A stretch of 63,165 bases of DNA from Negaprion brevirostris (GCA_030324005.1 JARDVH010000031.1:9380539-9443703), one strand, 5' to 3'. Positions 45,713 to 57,998 are shown, counted from the stretch's first letter. Notes: a model not told the origin generated them from the sequence alone. Program-made: numbers and translations.

Positions 45713-48602
45713 TAAAAAGGGAAAAGTGAAATATATGCATGTGTTTGTTGAGCATACATGAAGATCTCTGCTTACTGGCATCAAATCTTTGGTGGCTTTT
45801 TAAGCATCAGTATTAAAGCTTAGCAAGTTGGCATTACATCAGACGCAATGAAAGGGCAACTGCCATGGAGCTTCATGAGGGGTGATCCTTGTTATTCTCT
45901 CTCACCTGATGTCAAATCCTATCCTCTTACCAGTTTGACTGGAACCAGTTTGGAATGACACAAATAGTGCAGTATAACTGCACTCCTAATGTCCTGTTGA
46001 CAGCTCTGGTATTCTTGGCTGCCTAAAGCAGTAAGGATGTATGAAAGGCTTGCACCTGGCACAATTCGAGCACTTGACAGCATCATGCTTGAGTGCAGGT
46101 GGCATTGTTATACTAGTTTGACTCAAATATCATTTGCATAACACAGCAACAAATCACAACCTTATAATCTCAATCAACCTGTTTGGCAACAATTTTCTGA
46201 GGACATGCCAGCGAATTACTAACAGCCACGAGTTTAGACATAAAGTTCCCTCTGTGACCACAATCAGCCTCAGGATGTGCCCATTTTCCCCACAGTGGCC
46301 TTGAAGGGGCAGGCGACAATTTTAACATTGCTCCAAATTAGCAGCAGCTTTCAGCAGTTTGTTTACCTCTATTAACAAAGAGCTATCAAATAGAAATATA
46401 TTGTAAATATAACCTATAATTGTAAGCGTAGTGAGGCACATGAAAGTGTTCTCTGTTGGAGGGAATTGAACTTTTTCTATTGTACTTTTACAAGCTTTAT
46501 CAATAAGGTATTTTTTAAAAATTCAAGATACAAGCACTCCTTTCTTTTCTATGCACTAAATTGTGTGCAGTGTAATATAAGTTTTCTCTTTCTAAAAGAT
46601 ACCTGACTTTCCACAAATATTGGCAAAAATAACTATGACTAATGGGAGCCAGGGTTGCTTGCAATTATTTTAAAAGAATTGTCTTTAAAATAAGATCAGG
46701 AAGTCTATTTAAAGAATATTTAAAATTGAATCCAAAAATTCCCTTGCTCCTTATACTTTGATCTTTTTTCATCCTATCCTGAGCATTTTAAGAAAGCTGT
46801 TTGAAAGTATCTGGTTGCCCTATTTTTCCACTAAGTGCACATGAGAGCATTGCTGTGTTCACGTTTGGCTGATATGGCAGGAGAGGGAACTGGATAGGGA
46901 ACAAAAGAAATCTTGTCTCTTTTTGGGATCCCTAGTTATCTGGGCTGGTAAGTGGCACCTCGACACCATGGCTCCATATGCAGAATGAATGAGAACAGAC
47001 AGAAAACACTGGGCAATTATGTTCATCAGTGGCCCAGATAAGACGTTTAAGCATTTCTTTGCTGTTGGAAGCATTCGGATGATAAGAGGTAAGAGAAACT
47101 CTGAACAACAGTTTTCTCTTGAGATCCTGTAGGGCAAACTACTCAATCATTAACTAATGGGGAAAAAAATTCGGGGGGAAAATAGTCAATTTCAGTGGTT
47201 AAGCTTCAATCACACATACAATTCAATTATCAGTGATACAGATGAAACACAGAATACAGTTGGGCACTTGTTTCGAAATAGCAGTTGAGGGGTAGCAGAG
47301 GGAGAGGTCAGTGGCCATTGTGTCAAAGATTAACCGCAATGCATGTAATTTTTTTTTCATAACATGGTGCCCAATTAAGCTTGCAGTGTTGCTGAGCGAC
47401 TACTTAAAATACTCAAACTAACTGACAGCAGTTGTAGTATTGCAGTGCAAAATTCTTGGTCAGCACCTTGTTTTAGCCACAGTATTTCCAATGCTTGCTC
47501 TGTGAACACTTATGTATCAAGCAAGAAGCTATGAGCAGATTATAAATACTCCCTCTGCTCACTGCCTGCACTGCATTCTGTGCATGCCTGTGTTCTGCTG
47601 TGCCTATCAATTGCTTTATGATGAAGTCCCAGCATTCTGAATGCCATGTGTAGACCTGGCAGAGAAAGGACCCAATTTCTGCTCTGCCTTGTCTCCTTTT
47701 TATATCATTAAAGTTGTGAACAGGTGCTCACAGGCTGTTCTCAATGTGTAATAGGCAGAAAGATAAAGGCTCAAGTTAAGAAGAGGGAGAAGAAAATTAG
47801 ATTTAGATATATGTAAAGCAAGAGGTTCCTCAGACAACAAAAAAGGGAAATGCTAGGTCTTCCAGTTCTGTTGTATATTTTAGCAAAACAGTAGCTCTTT
47901 TTTCCTGCAGTATTTTACTCTAAGGATCATATTGTTTATCTAAGAAGCCACTAAGTTTTGATAAGTAGGGATTTTGAATTATTAATTTAACTGGGTGTCA
48001 CACAGCCACACTGTTGATCAAAATCTTCTCTAAGCAACATGTAGCAACACAACTATGGAAACAGCATAGCTTTCCACANNNNNNNNNNNNNNNNNNNNNN
48101 NNNNNNNNNNNNNNNNNNNNNNNNNNNNNNNNNNNNNNNNNNNNNNNNNNNNNNNNNNNNNNNNNNNNNNNNNNNNNNNNNNNNNNNNNNNNNNNNNNNN
48201 NNNNNNNNNNNNNNNNNNNNNNNNNNNNNNNNNNNNNNNNNNNNNNNNNNNNNNNNNNNNNNNCCAAATTGCTCCAGATTTATGGCCATACTGAATTAAC
48301 GCACTCCTTGCAATCGGACCTAGTGAGGGCTTCTCACAGATCTGTCATAAGATGCTACAGCACATGGCATGAAGGCTATAGCCTTGTGCCAACATTGGTC
48401 CATATGACAATGGTAATGGCAGGCTTTCAGAGAGAGGTGGAAGGGACAACTGGAGGATGAATCATTTTAAATTAGTTGATTACTGAAGAGTACGAGAGAG
48501 TTAGCAAATAAATAGGATAGTATAAAATGGTGTGAAAAACATTGCAAATCTGATATTTTTTATGGTGCTGGTGCTCTGTATCTGGTAACATCACCAGTTA
48601 TA

Positions 48603-49085
48603 GGATTGGATTCACCAAAGAAAATTGGCTGAATTCACGTAAAAACTGGAGTAAACCCTGTTGTTTTTCCAGCGGTATTTTCAAAATGAATCTCCCACAG
48701 TCTGTGCACTGCAGAGCGCAGTTGCGTGAATCTCATTAAAAAGCTGTGGCGGGGACTATTCCTGCTGGAGAGCCCAGCAGCATAGAACTGATCAAGCCAG
48801 TCTGCATGCCGATCTGTCATAGTGGAGACTGGCGCATGCGCAGCAGCCCACACTGCTGGCTTCCCGATCGCTGGCCAGCTCGATTGCTGTGGCCAGCCTT
48901 GAATGCCCCTTCCTCCCCACCACCCGGCCCACCTTAATCTCTGCCGATTTCTGGCACGGAGCTGACCACACTGGAAATACAGGGGCCGGAGATGCATGGA
49001 GGATATGGCGCCCAGAGGGAAGCCCGCAACACAGACTCCAATTAAGTCTCCCAGCCTGCTGCACTGTGTTAGTAGAATCGCCCCC
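48603..49085 (+). mobile_element. Internally deleted GC-rich non-autonomous DNA element
   Basis: GAATTCACGTAAAAACTGGAGTAAACCC left region as in 4026 and 7444; right end GAATCGCCCCC. Confidence 0.8.
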
Positions 49086-50444
49086 ATTGTTTTGAGAAGG
49101 GATTCAAAACAATGAATGCATTAGTATTCAACATGTGTACAATGCCTTTTTGGATGGCAAAATATGCCCACATTTTGAATTTGCTTCATTATTGCACAGC
49201 TCAGAAATAAACTGCAATTCTTACAATATATTGGTACCAACCCTTACCATGAGTGAATGAAGAGCATTTCAGATTATCCTCAGACTTCCACAATAGACTA
49301 TCAGAACACAAAGGAATGGCAAAGAATTCAAACAGAATGTAGCCCTTTCATCTCTTGGACTCTGTTTTGAATGTAATCTCAACTAATGGGATGAAAGTTT
49401 TCTTTTGATGGCTATTAAAATTCCCAAATGAAACCTACTTGGGAAGTTCAATTCAGCTGTGAGGAGTCTCAGGAAGAGAGTACCAAAATGTTCACTAATT
49501 GGCACTCATGTTCAGCCTGACTTCCAATAGTGACCAGCAAGCAGACGGTATTGGACTGGTGAGGTAAGGGATGCCATTCAGAGGCTGGAAAAGTAATTGA
49601 AAATTTGACAACAGCAACTTGAAATCCCATGATTAAAAGGAGTTTTAGCACACACTGGAGAGAGCTTTACTCTGCACCCAGCCATATATAGCCTGGCCTG
49701 AGAGGCTCGTCACTGACAAGTTGTTCCATTTCCCAATACTGACATTCTCACCTTCATCCACAAAAAAGAAATATTTACCCAATAAAAAGATTATTAAACT
49801 TTTATACAAGTATGATGGCAATGCCATTATCCACCAGAGGATAATAATGGAAAATAGAAGTTTCACTGTTTTTGATTCAATGTGTTAATTTTAAGAATGT
49901 GCAGTTTTACCATGTGACTCTACTTGTTTATGCGCATTTAACAATATCAATAATACAACAAAGAAGTCATTGTTCTGACATTTATAGCACAGGCAAAGAC
50001 AGCTGACTCACAACTAAGTGACACACCAGTCCTGACATGCTATAAGTGTATCATAATTTTTAAAGCTATATCTCATGCTGTGATCTGTTCTTGATCTCTT
50101 TCATAGCATAATCATGTTGGATTACCATTCAATAGAACAACTGCCCCATCTACTCAGATGGCAAAAGGTAAGTTATCTAAGTAGGCCAAAACAGCTGTGA
50201 CTCCACATTTTAGGATATTAGGTGTGATTAGATCAAAGTTTATAAGATAACGAATGAATACTTTGTGCTTTAGTTGACAGCTTGTTTCAACTAAATACTT
50301 TGGGGTGGACCCGAGGTCATCATTTTAAGTTGCATGTGGATTTTATGAGGTGTTTCTTTCCCCAGAGAATAATGGACCAGTGGAGCAGGCTACTGACTGT
50401 GAAGTGGACAGATTGCACAGAATAGATTCATAATCCCTTCATCT

Positions 50445-50830
50445 GAAAGGCTTGGTGATTGATTTGAGGTGTTTAAAATCGTAAGAGGATTTGATAGATT
50501 ATGTAGAGACAATTCATTTCCTCTGATGGGGGAATCCAGAACAGAGGGATATTCCCTAAAAATTAAACTTTGGCAGTTTGAGGGTGCCCTCAGATGGCAC
50601 TTCTTCACAGAAACGACAGTGGAAACTGAAAGCTTCTCTTGCAAAATGCTGCTGAAGGACAGTTGAAAATTTCTAAACTAACAATAATAAATTTTCATTA
50701 AGGCAAGGGTATTAAGTGATCTAGAACCAAGACAGGTGAATGGAGTCAAAGTACAGATCAGCCAGGGTCTAACTGAATGGTAGAACAGACTTGAGGGACT
50801 GAATGGCCTCCTCTTGTTTCTATGTTCTTA
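50445..50830 (+). mobile_element. CR1 LINE 3' end
   Basis: GDLEVFKIVRGFDRL..FPLMGESRTEGYSLKI..HFFTE; tail GAGGGACTGAATGGCCTCCTCTTGTTTCTATGTTCTTA. Confidence 0.85.
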
Positions 50831-50939
50831 AGAAGCACAGCCACATGGTGAAGTACCAAAGGACACATGATACCATAAGACCATGACCTAAAAGAATCGT
50901 TGCCTTTATGTGAAAAGAAGAGGTTGGCAAAACAAAATT

Positions 50940-51050
50940 TTTCTCCTTAGGCAGGTGCTTGGAATCGAGGATGACTTGCTTCCATTCTGGTTCAATGGGT
51001 TCTAAAATGGCTGATAGGTCCAATGCATGATTTGTGGACCCACGTGGGGC
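50940..51050 (-). mobile_element. Probable RTE-type element end
   Basis: CTTAGGCAG..GGAATCGAGGATGACTTGCTTCCA..GGCTGAT..TCCAATGC resembles the reverse complement of shark RTE 3' ends (recalled, unverified). Confidence 0.4.
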
Positions 51051-52417
51051 ATGTGGAATCTGAACTGTTGTTCGTTCCCTCAAATGCCTTGGATTCAATC
51101 TCTGCACATTCCAGGTGCAATCTTACCTGCCAGTCATGCCATGCTCCCATTACAGTTAGGTTGGAGAATCTGGCAGCCANNNNNNNNNNNNNNNNNNNNN
51201 NNNNNNNNNNNNNNNNNNNNNNNNNNNNNNNNNNNNNNNNNNNNNNNNNNNNNNNNNNNNNNNNNNNNNNNNNNNNNNNNNNNNNNNNNNNNNNNNNNNN
51301 NNNNNNNNNNNNNNNNNNNNNNNNNNNNNNNNNNNNNNNNNNNNNNNNNNNNNNNNNNNNNNNNNNNNNNNNNNNNNNNNNNNNNNNNNNNNNNNNNNNN
51401 NNNNNNNNNNNNNNNNNNNNNNNNNNNNNNNNNNNNNNNNNNNNNNNNNNNNNNNNNNNNNNNNNNNNNNNNNNNNNNNNNNNNNNNNNNNNNNNNNNNN
51501 NNNNNNNNNNNNNNNNNNNNNNNNNNNNNNNNNNNNNNNNNNNNNNNNNNNNNNNNNNNNNNNNNNNNNNNNNNNNNNNNNNNNNNNNNNNNNNNNNNNN
51601 NNTTAGGTTGTTGAAGTCTCCAAAGTTTAGAGGAACATGGGAATCTTTTCTAATCAGCAAACTATTACCTCAGTTTTAGGTTTGAGACCCTGGTCCTTAA
51701 ATACTCTTTTCCTCAGTTGGGTGAAGGCCAAGCTGCCACATTGGAAGAATGAGAAATTTCATCATCTATGTCTGCCACCATCAAGAGGAGGTTCCCATGA
51801 TACAGAAAATGGTTCACGTTTTCAGGATCTCATCATTGATCTTAATCAATGGGGGAAAATGTCGTGGGAGCTGGTTGGAAGAGGACCTTAGTTCTCTGGG
51901 TGTTTCATCAAAGGCCCATTTTCTCATACGCTTCAGAAAAGGAATTGATAATGACCTGAAGCCTAATTTTTGAGTGAGCACTCACAACATTGTATTTTAA
52001 TTGCAATATTACTCAAAAAATACATAAATTGCATGACATTTTCAATCATCTTTCTTACTTTAGTTGTATAATGCAAAAAAAATTCCAATGATAGCTCAGG
52101 CAGTGCTTAGCGTCTAAATGTGCCTTGTGCAGCATTTCATATGACACAAACCAGACATGATCCATATTCACTTGCCCATTTGCATGGTTTGCTAAAGTCA
52201 TGGCTTTCAGTACATGGGGCCTGGGAGGAGAAGATGCTGGCAAAGTGGTCCTCCTGAGTCGGAGGGAAGAGAGGCAAAGGGGAAGTTAGCAACTTTCCTA
52301 CCTCTGATCATCATCCTATGATTTCCAGTAGAAGCTGTTGGATTGTTACGTGCATGAGGAGCAATGTACTAGATCACTGAAGATGTTTGAGAAACTATTC
52401 CAGTAACTCCCCTAAAG

Positions 52418-52980
52418 AGGAAATTGTGGTGTAGTGGTAATTTCACTGAACTAGTAATCCATTGGACTGGGCTAATACCCTGGGACATGTGTTCAAGTTC
52501 CACCAAGGCAACTGGTCACATTCAAATTCAGTTAATAAATCTGGAATAGAAAAACTAGTCTCTCAGTAATTGTGACCATAAAACTAGACTGATTGTTGTT
52601 AAAAACCCATCTGGTTCATTAATGCCCTTTAGGGGAGGAGATTTGCAATCCTTACCCAGTCTGTAATTCCAGACTCACATTTACCCAACATGTAATTCCA
52701 GANNNNNNNNNNNNNNNNNNNNNNNNNNNNNNNNNNNNNNNNNNNNNNNNNNNNNNNNNNNNNNNNNNNNNNNNNNNNNNNNNNNNNNNNNNNNNNNNNN
52801 NNTGTAATTCCAGACCCACATTTCAGAGTGCAGTTGAGTGTCAAGTGCAGTTTAGTATGGTTGACACTTAACTGCCCTCTGAAATGGCCCAGCAAGCCAC
52901 TCAGTTCAAAGGTAATTATGGCTGGACAACAAATGGTAGCCTTGCCAACAATGCCCACATTGCATAAAATAATAAAGAAT
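52418..52980 (+). mobile_element. tRNA-headed SINE with a probable Zenon-like LINE tail, containing a tandem repeat and gap
   Basis: GTGGTGTAGTGGTAA..ACTAGTAATCCA..GTTCAAGTTCCACCA head; CTTAACTGCCCTCTGAAATGGCCCAGCAAGCCACTCAGTT body; GCCTTGCCAACAATGCCCACAT tail. Confidence 0.75.
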
Positions 52981-53825
52981 AAGAATAGACTCCTTCAAGC
53001 AAAGAAGGTGGGGGAGAAAATTAAAAACAGAACTAGATTAAGGAACCCCTTGCATAATTAAACATCAATCTTCATTTGCAGGCAAAAATGAAATGATCCA
53101 TGTTAAAATAAAGCTTGTATTTCAAGCAAGGAAAGAACACTGACAAAAATGATTCAATACTAAATGCTAATTCACATTTAAATAGTAAGGTTACTTTGTA
53201 AAAAGTCCAGATCAAAAGAAAAGTATTTCCTATCAAGGGCCCATGTACCCATTCTGCATTTCAAACCTCCCCACCCCACGAACACTTGGGGATCTCTACT
53301 TTATGGAATAATCAAGTCTTTTCTCACCTCTCTGAAATAATAATCAAGCTAAATGAATCTTTATCCCTATCAATGCTCCTTTTCAAAAGACATCAATCCA
53401 ACTCCCTTTAGGAAGGAACAATCACCGATTTGTGAATGAAATGATTCATCTTCTTTTCAAACAATTTTGCCATCCTACAAATGGAGGAGCAAATTGTTTG
53501 AAATGCCCATGATGAACTTGCAAAAGAAGTATCGCCCATCTCACACATTATGCAGACCACAGTCTCATATTTCCACAAACATGCCACCACTTTCTCAATT
53601 TCCTTGATCACAGTCATTCTCTTGTAGTCAGAAGTGTAAAGATTATCTCTGAGCATATGTGATCCTTTGGAACAATTTTTTCAAAGTTACGGACAATACT
53701 CCTGTTGCATCACATTCATGGATTTGAATGAGCTTCTTCCACTCTAACCAACTTTTTAAAACTTACTAATATCAAACAGGTTGATTTGAGCCCTCACTGC
53801 AATTCAGGTGTTGTTGGTGGCAGAC

Positions 53826-54425
53826 GACTTCTTTTGTAATGCTCGGTATGGAGCAACAACTACATTTTTACATCAAGGTGGTCAAGCCAGTTTATTACAT
53901 CAGGAATGGTGTGTGTTTTGCAGTAATATTTCCTTTCTATTTATGAGTCAGGCATTGAGTTGTTATGTATTCCATGGTCTGTTCTGGGTGACTGCAGTCA
54001 CATACAAAAGATCTTCCAATTTCCAATGTGCATCTGGTTTCCACATCTGCCATGGTTTGTACAGATGATAGGGATGCCTATGAGCTTCATGGAAGGTTGA
54101 AACTGGAGATCATCTGCGGGGTCTTTTGTGAGGTGTTTGTGACTTCTTGTGAAGACCATTCATTTTCTGAACTCTTCAGGATTGAAATCACATTGCCTGA
54201 GGTTGTGTGCATGTGTCTAAAACGGTTTATGTGAGTTCAAGTGGAGGAGAGGGATGTTGGTGAGGTCCTAATGGATGGGTAGGTGTCTGTTTTGCTCAAT
54301 TTGCTGAGCTTCACAGAGGGTTCCTGCATCGCGGTGGATCAGTTGGGGTGAAAGGGGGGACAATGTTTGTTAGTACAGGTTGCCATGGTGTTGGGTTGAC
54401 TTTAAGATGCCGGTGTTGCATTTAG
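53826..54425 (-). mobile_element. Vingi/Ingi-like LINE 3' fragment, highly degenerate
   Basis: Minus-strand pieces TGILKST / PWQPVLTNIVPP / IHRDAGTLCEA..LPIH / LNSHKPF / FNLP / HGRCGNQMH / CDCSHPEQTMEYITTQC / INWLDHLDV are collinear with the Vingi ORF C-terminus and its zinc knuckle. Confidence 0.7.
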
Positions 54426-55277
54426 ACAATCTGTGGTCAATCGGGGGGCAGGGGTGGGCGAAGGGGCAATTGAACATAAGTGAAGATCGAATGGAAGATG
54501 TTGTCGACTTAGTGGGAAAGGAAGCTGAGACACTGGGAAATACCAATGCATCCAATTCAAATAAGGTCAAGCTGAGAACTGCACAGGCCTGGAGAACATA
54601 AAGAGAAACTTCAAAAGCATATCAGCCAACCTCATCATGACTGGGATGGATGAAGGATTGGTAGTTAATAACCTCTTAGATGTTATGGCTCTCACACTGG
54701 GATTTTCCAGCAATTTGGGAAGCAAGGCCGAAACAGATAACCTGACAACAATATTTCAGGAATCTGGCTCATGATGGACCAGCTCCTGAGGATGTATTTT
54801 TAACAAGCCCATGAAATATTTTAACTAATGGTGCTGTTAAATTAAAGAAAACACGTTCACTAAATTGTTTCCAAGCTTCAATAGTTGCTATCTGATTGTC
54901 TATATAATTGTACAGAATTTTTCTTGAAATATATCCATAGAGGACATTTATTATGGTGATAACAAAAGTGCAAGATAGAATCGTTGAATGAATGCACAAC
55001 TTCCTATTATTTTTTGCGGGGCCTGCCAGTTTTACTCTCCAGCTCTTTTGATGTAAGCTTAAGTCAAGCACTTATCATAGTTAGCTGACAGGTTATTTTG
55101 GTGGGTGTTTATTCTGCTGTGCATTCTTCCAAGTGTAGGTCCAGAAAAAGTCAAGAGCAGGGGGAAATGAAAGGACAATGTCAGAGTTGCAGCAGAGGAA
55201 TTTGTTTCACCTCATGAAGCCAGAGGACTGGAGAATTGCTCCTTTTATGTTTGAGTAAAGGGATGACTAAGACAGAA

Positions 55278-56383
55278 TGATGTGGAGATGCCAGCATTGG
55301 ACTGGGGTAAACACAGTAAGAAGTCTCACAATACTAGGTTAAAATCCAACAGGTTTATTTGGTAGCAAAAGCCACTAGCTTTGGAGCACTGCTCCTTCAT
55401 CAGGTAAGTGGGAGTTCTGTTCACAAACAGGGCATATAAAGACACAAACTCAATTTACAAAANNNNNNNNNNNNNNNNNNNNNNNNNNNNNNNNNNNNNN
55501 NNNNNNNNNNNNNNNNNNNNNNNNNNNNNNNNNNNNNNNNNNNNNNNNNNNNNNNNNNNNNNNNNNNNNNNNNNNNNNNNNNNNNNNNNNNNNNNNNNNN
55601 NNNNNNNNNNNNNNNNNNNNNNNNNNNNNNNNNNNNNNNNNNNNNNNNNNNNNNNNNNNNNNNNNNNNNNNNNNNNNNNNNNNNNNNNNNNNNNNNNNNN
55701 NNNNNNNNNNNNNNNNNNNNNNNNNNNNNNNNNNNNNNNNNNNNNNNNNNNNNNNNNNNNNNNNNNNNNNNNNNNNNNNNNNNNNNNNNNNNNNNNNNNN
55801 NNNNNNNNNNNNNNNNNNNNNNNNNNNNNNNNNNNNNNNNNNNNNNNNNNNNNNNNNNNNNNNNNNNNNNNNNNNNNNNNNNNNNNNNNNNNNNNNNNNN
55901 NNNNNNNNNNNNNNNNNNNNNNNNNNNNNNNNNNNNNNNNNNNNNNNNNNNNNNNNNNNNNNNNNNNNNNNNNNNNNNNNNNNNNNNNNNNNNNNNNNNN
56001 NNNNNNNNNNNNNNNNNNNNNNNNNNNNNNNNNNNNNNNNNNNNNNNNNNNNNNNNNNNNNNNNNNNNNNNNNNNNNNNNNNNNNNNNNNNNNNNNNNNN
56101 NNNNNNNNNNNNNNNNNNNNNNNNNNNNNNNNNNNNNNNNNNNNNNNNNNNNNNNNNNNNNNNNNNNNNNNNNNNNNNNNNNNNNNNNNNNNNNNNNNNN
56201 NNNNNNNNNNNNNNNNNNNNNNNNNNNNNNNNNNNNNNNNNNNNNNNNNNNNNNNNNNNNNNNNNNNNNNNNNNNNNNNNNNNNNNNNNNNNNNNNNNNN
56301 NNTCTTTAATGTGATTAGGGTGGAAGCTGGAGAAGTGGAGCATCGTGAAGTTATCTGTGGGCTTGCGGTACAGTGAAGTACAG
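55278..56383 (-). mobile_element. Penelope-like element, 5' truncated, middle in an 840-N gap
   Basis: TSLYRKPTDNFTMLHFSSFHPNHIK (PLE RT thumb motif) at 56303-56379; terminal repeat shared with the 44975 and 62077 copies; TSD TAAGACAGAATG / TAAAACAGAATG. Confidence 0.9.
55371..55412 (-). ncRNA. Minimal hammerhead ribozyme remnant in Penelope terminal repeat
   Basis: Minus: CCCACTTAC CTGATGA AGGAGC AGT GCTCC -AAA GC TA GTGGC. The CUGAUGA box and stem II are present; the G of the GAAA box is missing. Confidence 0.6.
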
Positions 56384-56559
56384 TAAAACAGAATGTACAG
56401 AGAACTGAGCAGCACCTATTCCCACACATTCAGTTAATTCAGACATTCAACGCAATATGGAGCATATACTTTCAACGTCTGCCCAAAACAAGAGATGAGT
56501 CTGCCTGCCCAAAGCCAGCATTAGAAGACCAGAACAGCCTCAGCAGCGTTGTTAGTATA

Positions 56560-56722
56560 TCAACTTGCATTTCTATAGAGCATTTAACACAGTAAAATGT
56601 CACAAGAGCATTATCAGATTTGACACGAAATTACAAAAGAAGATATTTGGACAGGTGACTAAATGCTTGTTCAAAGAGGTAGGTTTTACGGAGTTTCTAA
56701 GAAAGAAGAGAATGGGTTTAAG
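56560..56722 (-). mobile_element. L2-type LINE 3' tail
   Basis: CAACTTGCATTTCTATAGAGCATTTAAC..TTTGACAC..GATATTTGGACAGGTGACTAAATGCTTGTTCAAAGAGGTAGGTTTTA. Confidence 0.75.
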
Positions 56723-56730
56723 GGGAAAAC

Positions 56731-57295
56731 TCGTTATCTCATTTCTGTACTCCATCCAATCATTGATTGAGATCCGACCCACTATGGTGGTGTCGTCAGC
56801 AAACCTGAAAATCAAGCTGGAGGGGATTTTAGCCAAACGGTCATAGATGTACAAGGAGTGTAGTAAGAGGCTGAGGATACAGCCTTTTGGGGTGCCGGTG
56901 TTGAGGATAATCGTGGAGGAGGCATTGTTGCCTATCCCTACTGCTTGCACTCTGTGGGTTAGGAAGTTCAGGATCCAGTCACAGAGGGAGGAGCCGAGTC
57001 TTAGGCCAAGGAGTTTGGAGATGAGTTTTGTAGGAATAAATGGTGCTGAAGGCTGAGCTGTAAAAATAAATAGGAGTCTGACATAGATGTTTTTGTTGTC
57101 CAGGTGTTTCAGGATTGAGTGTAGGGCATCCGCTACGGACCTTTTACAGCGATCGGTGAATTGTAGTGGATCCAGGCAAATCTGAGAAGCTGGAATTGAT
57201 TTATGTCATGATTAACCTTTCAAAGTACTTCATGATGATGAGTGTCAGAACCATTGGGCAATAGTCATTAAAGCACACTGCCTGGCTTTTCTTAG
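56731..57295 (-). mobile_element. Rex1/Babar-clade LINE RT fragment
   Basis: NTGTPKGCILSLLLHSLY, FRFADDTTIVGRISIND..EYRNEI; upstream ALMTIIMKYFERL-like segment. Confidence 0.85.
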
Positions 57296-57589
57296 GATTT
57301 TAACATGGTTCTCAGCATGTGACACAAACACGCCACTAGCTGATATCTCAAGGACAACTACCAGTTTATTTGGCCGATTGTTTAGGATGTAGAGAAGGAA
57401 AAGAGATCACTTTAGTGATCTGTACAGTATTTTGGCAGCCTCGTATGACCAAGCTTATATAAATCCCACTCAGTCAAACAAAATACTTGCCTCCTCTGTC
57501 TTGCATCTAATGATAGCATGCAATATTCAAAACTAATATAGCTAACCTAATATTGTTAGGTATAAAGTCCGCCTTTGACACCATCCAGA

Positions 57590-57886
57590 GAATGAAGTCT
57601 GATCTCAGTTTCAGCCATCTCACCTCTCAGGTTGGTATAAAAGAAGAGAACAATTATCCTTAGTCTGCTGGCTAACATTTATATCCTTAACCAACATCAG
57701 TAAAATAAATTATTTGACCTTTATCGCATTGTTAGTTGTGGGATCTCACTGTGCACAAATTAACTGGTGTTTCCTACATTACAATGATCGCCATGCTTAA
57801 GGAATATATCATTCATTGCCTGTTAAAATGCTCTGATGTGTTCTGAGGTGGTGAGCGGTTTTATGTAAATGCAAGTTTCTTCTTTC
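57590..57886 (+). mobile_element. Deu-domain SINE body and tail
   Basis: CTCTCAGGTTGG..GTGGGATCTCACTGTGCACAAATT..TTTCCTACATTACAA..CTGAGGTGGTGA..TAAATGCAAGTTTCTT. Confidence 0.75.
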
Positions 57887-57942
57887 TGTACAAGAATTCT
57901 TTTGTCTTGTACGGTACAGTCTGTAAAATTTACTTAACTTAC

Positions 57943-57998
57943 TCATAGTCCTCCTGTGGCTTGTAATTGCATGCAGTTTGGCTGCACTGGAAAGCCAT
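57943..57998 (-). CDS. Candidate short first coding exon (MAFQCSQTACNYKPQEDY[E/D]), gene unidentified
   Basis: Minus: AAA-ATG-G context, 18 open codons plus GA, then a GTAAGT donor (57942-57937), in a repeat-free block. No homology recognised. Confidence 0.25.

Noticed and set aside
53408-53720. 82-aa minus-strand ORF next to the Vingi relic
   Set aside because: Lies beyond the apparent Vingi 3' end and shows no motif I can assign.
55408-56429. ORFs of 320+ aa, and others at 660-1150, 39093-39483, 47998-48460 and 50992-51679
   Set aside because: Their length comes from N runs translated as X; only the short Penelope, CR1 and Rex flanks are meaningful.
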